A DNA stretch of 64,000 nt, taken from NCBI GenBank assembly GCA_008632985.1, contig QPGO01000186.1:1-64000 (forward strand), written 5' to 3'. This DNA comes from Psammoneis japonica (Eukaryota). The notes below the pieces were generated by a model that was given only the letters and a program-made list of their open reading frames with translations, made no database searches and was not told where the DNA came from. Positions within the stretch are counted from its first letter, which is position 1, and each line of letters opens with the position of its first letter. Both the position numbers and the translations under genes were made by a program. Shown here piece after piece: positions 62,405-64,000 of the stretch.

Positions 62405-63931
62405 ATGCAAGATCGGGAGCACGTTGCTCTCATACTCCCTCCGGGACCCCTCGGGATCCAGATCTCACTGGTAAGGACTCCTCCTCCTTCAACCTCGAGC
62501 TACTGCACCGTGACGAGCGTTGGCTCTGCAAGTAAATTTGTCATAGGAGACTTACTTTACTCCATTGATCGTGTGCAAGTTGCTAATTGGAGCCTTCAAG
62601 ATGTATCTCAGCTTCTTTTATCGAGAGCCGAAACCGTCCGCACTGTGGTGGTGATGCGAAAGAAGAAGCCGCATCCTTCCATCGTCGCCCCAGCGATATC
62701 TGAGAGTGAAATGCAAGAACGACATAAAAGAGCCAGAGAGCATGCGCTGACATCCCTTCCCGCATCGGAGAATACTCAGGCAGCTGAATACCCGAAACGA
62801 AAGCGGGGTCGACCGCGTAAGGACGAAACACGAGAGGCTACTCAAGCTCGTAGCATGCCCAAAGGAAAACCTGGAAAGCAAAGAAAAGTTGAAAAGAAAA
62901 AGGCTGCTGCAGAACGCTCAAGTGTTACTGCTCCTCCACCACAACGGACTGCTGCTGCAGCATCTGCTGCAGTCGCTGCTGCAGAACGCTTAAGTGTTGC
63001 TGCCGCCCCACCAAAACGGACTGTAGCTGCAGCATCTGCTTCAGCTACTGCAGTGAAGGTACCTGAGACCGAGGCTCCTCATGACAGCCTTCATCGCCCA
63101 GAAGTTAAGGGTCAAATTGTCAAGTCATATGAACTCAAAGTAAGTGCTGATAAGCTCGAATCGCTGCAGGGAGATTCTCGATTGGAAGGAGACTCTCTTG
63201 CTTTGGAGCGACTTAAGGAGCTCTGCCAAAGCATGCGCCAGGAGAGTGAACAAATTATGAACTCTCGCCCGGACTCTACCTTAAACACCGGAGAGCGCAA
63301 TCTCAAGGGGCTTATCAAGTTCAAAGAAGAACACGGCCATTGCAATGTGCCTTCTTCCTACAAGAACAAGTCACTTGCTGCTTTCGTCATGAAAATGCGG
63401 GAGCGGCACAGGAAACGTTCATCGGTCTCGAGTCAAAGAGGCAAGCAGCGATTAAACGATGACATTGGGTTTCTCAATCGGCTTGGGTTTTGCTGGGGAT
63501 CACCCGGTGCGTCACCGATAGATTGGGACACCCATTACGAAAAACTAAAGGCCTTTGTAGCGGAAAAGGGCCACGCGAGGGTCCCGCAAATCTACGAGCC
63601 TGACAAAAGGCTGGGTAGCTGGGTGCATGCCCAGCGCAAGGATTATGAGAACTTAAAGGAGGGTAAGAAATCTCCACTTACCGAAGAAAAGATTAAGAAA
63701 TTGGAGGATATAGGTTTTCAGTGGAAGCTAAGAATTGCACGGCCCAAAAAGACGGATGAGCGCTACAGGCGGGTTTCGAGAAAGAGCTTGACCAACGGAA
63801 ATACCGATACGGAAGCAGCAACTTCACACAAAGCTGAAAACGACAACAAAGAAGGGGAAAACGCCGAGAAGGAAAACACCGAGAACGAAGTTGGAGAAGG
63901 GCCCTTTGATCCGGGTGAGTTTATTATATAG
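62405..63931 (+). CDS. Helicase-associated (HA) domain protein with PDZ-like N-terminus and AT-hook; may continue past a donor site at ~63914
   Basis: LPPGPLGIQI...IGDLLYSID (PDZ-like), KRKRGRPRK, and two HA repeats FKEEHGHCNVP...LGFCW and WDTHYEKLKAFVAEKGHARVP...LGSWVHAQR...LEDIGFQW. Confidence 0.85.
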   Translation: MQDREHVALILPPGPLGIQISLVRTPPPSTSSYCTVTSVGSASKFVIGDLLYSIDRVQVANWSLQDVSQLLLSRAETVRTVVVMRKKKPHPSIVAPAISESEMQERHKRAREHALTSLPASENTQAAEYPKRKRGRPRKDETREATQARSMPKGKPGKQRKVEKKKAAAERSSVTAPPPQRTAAAASAAVAAAERLSVAAAPPKRTVAAASASATAVKVPETEAPHDSLHRPEVKGQIVKSYELKVSADKLESLQGDSRLEGDSLALERLKELCQSMRQESEQIMNSRPDSTLNTGERNLKGLIKFKEEHGHCNVPSSYKNKSLAAFVMKMRERHRKRSSVSSQRGKQRLNDDIGFLNRLGFCWGSPGASPIDWDTHYEKLKAFVAEKGHARVPQIYEPDKRLGSWVHAQRKDYENLKEGKKSPLTEEKIKKLEDIGFQWKLRIARPKKTDERYRRVSRKSLTNGNTDTEAATSHKAENDNKEGENAEKENTENEVGEGPFDPGEFII

Positions 63932-64000
63932 ATTTGCAGATGTGGTGGTTTGAAGGAACACACCACCTCTTCCTTTAGCGTCCATAACATGCTGGTTATG

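Noticed and set aside
1..64000. CRISPR arrays, rRNA/tRNA genes, prokaryotic operons or defence systems
   Set aside because: No repeat-spacer array or recognisable structural RNA was seen, and the genes are intron-containing eukaryotic genes.

Overview
Eukaryotic nuclear DNA, most likely from a diatom. Support: short GT-AG introns, ASAFAP-type bipartite plastid presequences, a p10-before-p20 (type III) metacaspase and an HA-domain protein. A gene-dense core (about 4.1-6.3, 9.2-47.6 and 60.7-64 kb) holds ordinary genes: metacaspase, RPN7, TLDc protein, DPH5, an HCF107/Mbb1-like TPR protein, RAB3GAP2-like, SPT16, MOSC, DUF177, a GH1 glucosidase and two pLGIC-like paralogues. The striking feature is three sharply bounded blocks (about 1-3770, 6960-8790 and 47721-60236) that have lost nearly all TpA and most CpG dinucleotides and are saturated with TpG/CpA. 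They hold relics of Ty1/copia elements, a large LINE and one host-like gene, in which conserved Tyr codons now read His/Cys and Arg codons read TGA. A duplicated GH1 fragment beside the third block gives the direction of change: CG>TG/CA and also TA>CA. This points to a repeat-targeted, RIP-like but chemically different mutational process that includes T:A>C:G changes at TpA. The mechanism is inference only. All counts are by eye and no database searches were run. Clusters of single-base deletions in four genes suggest residual assembly indel errors.
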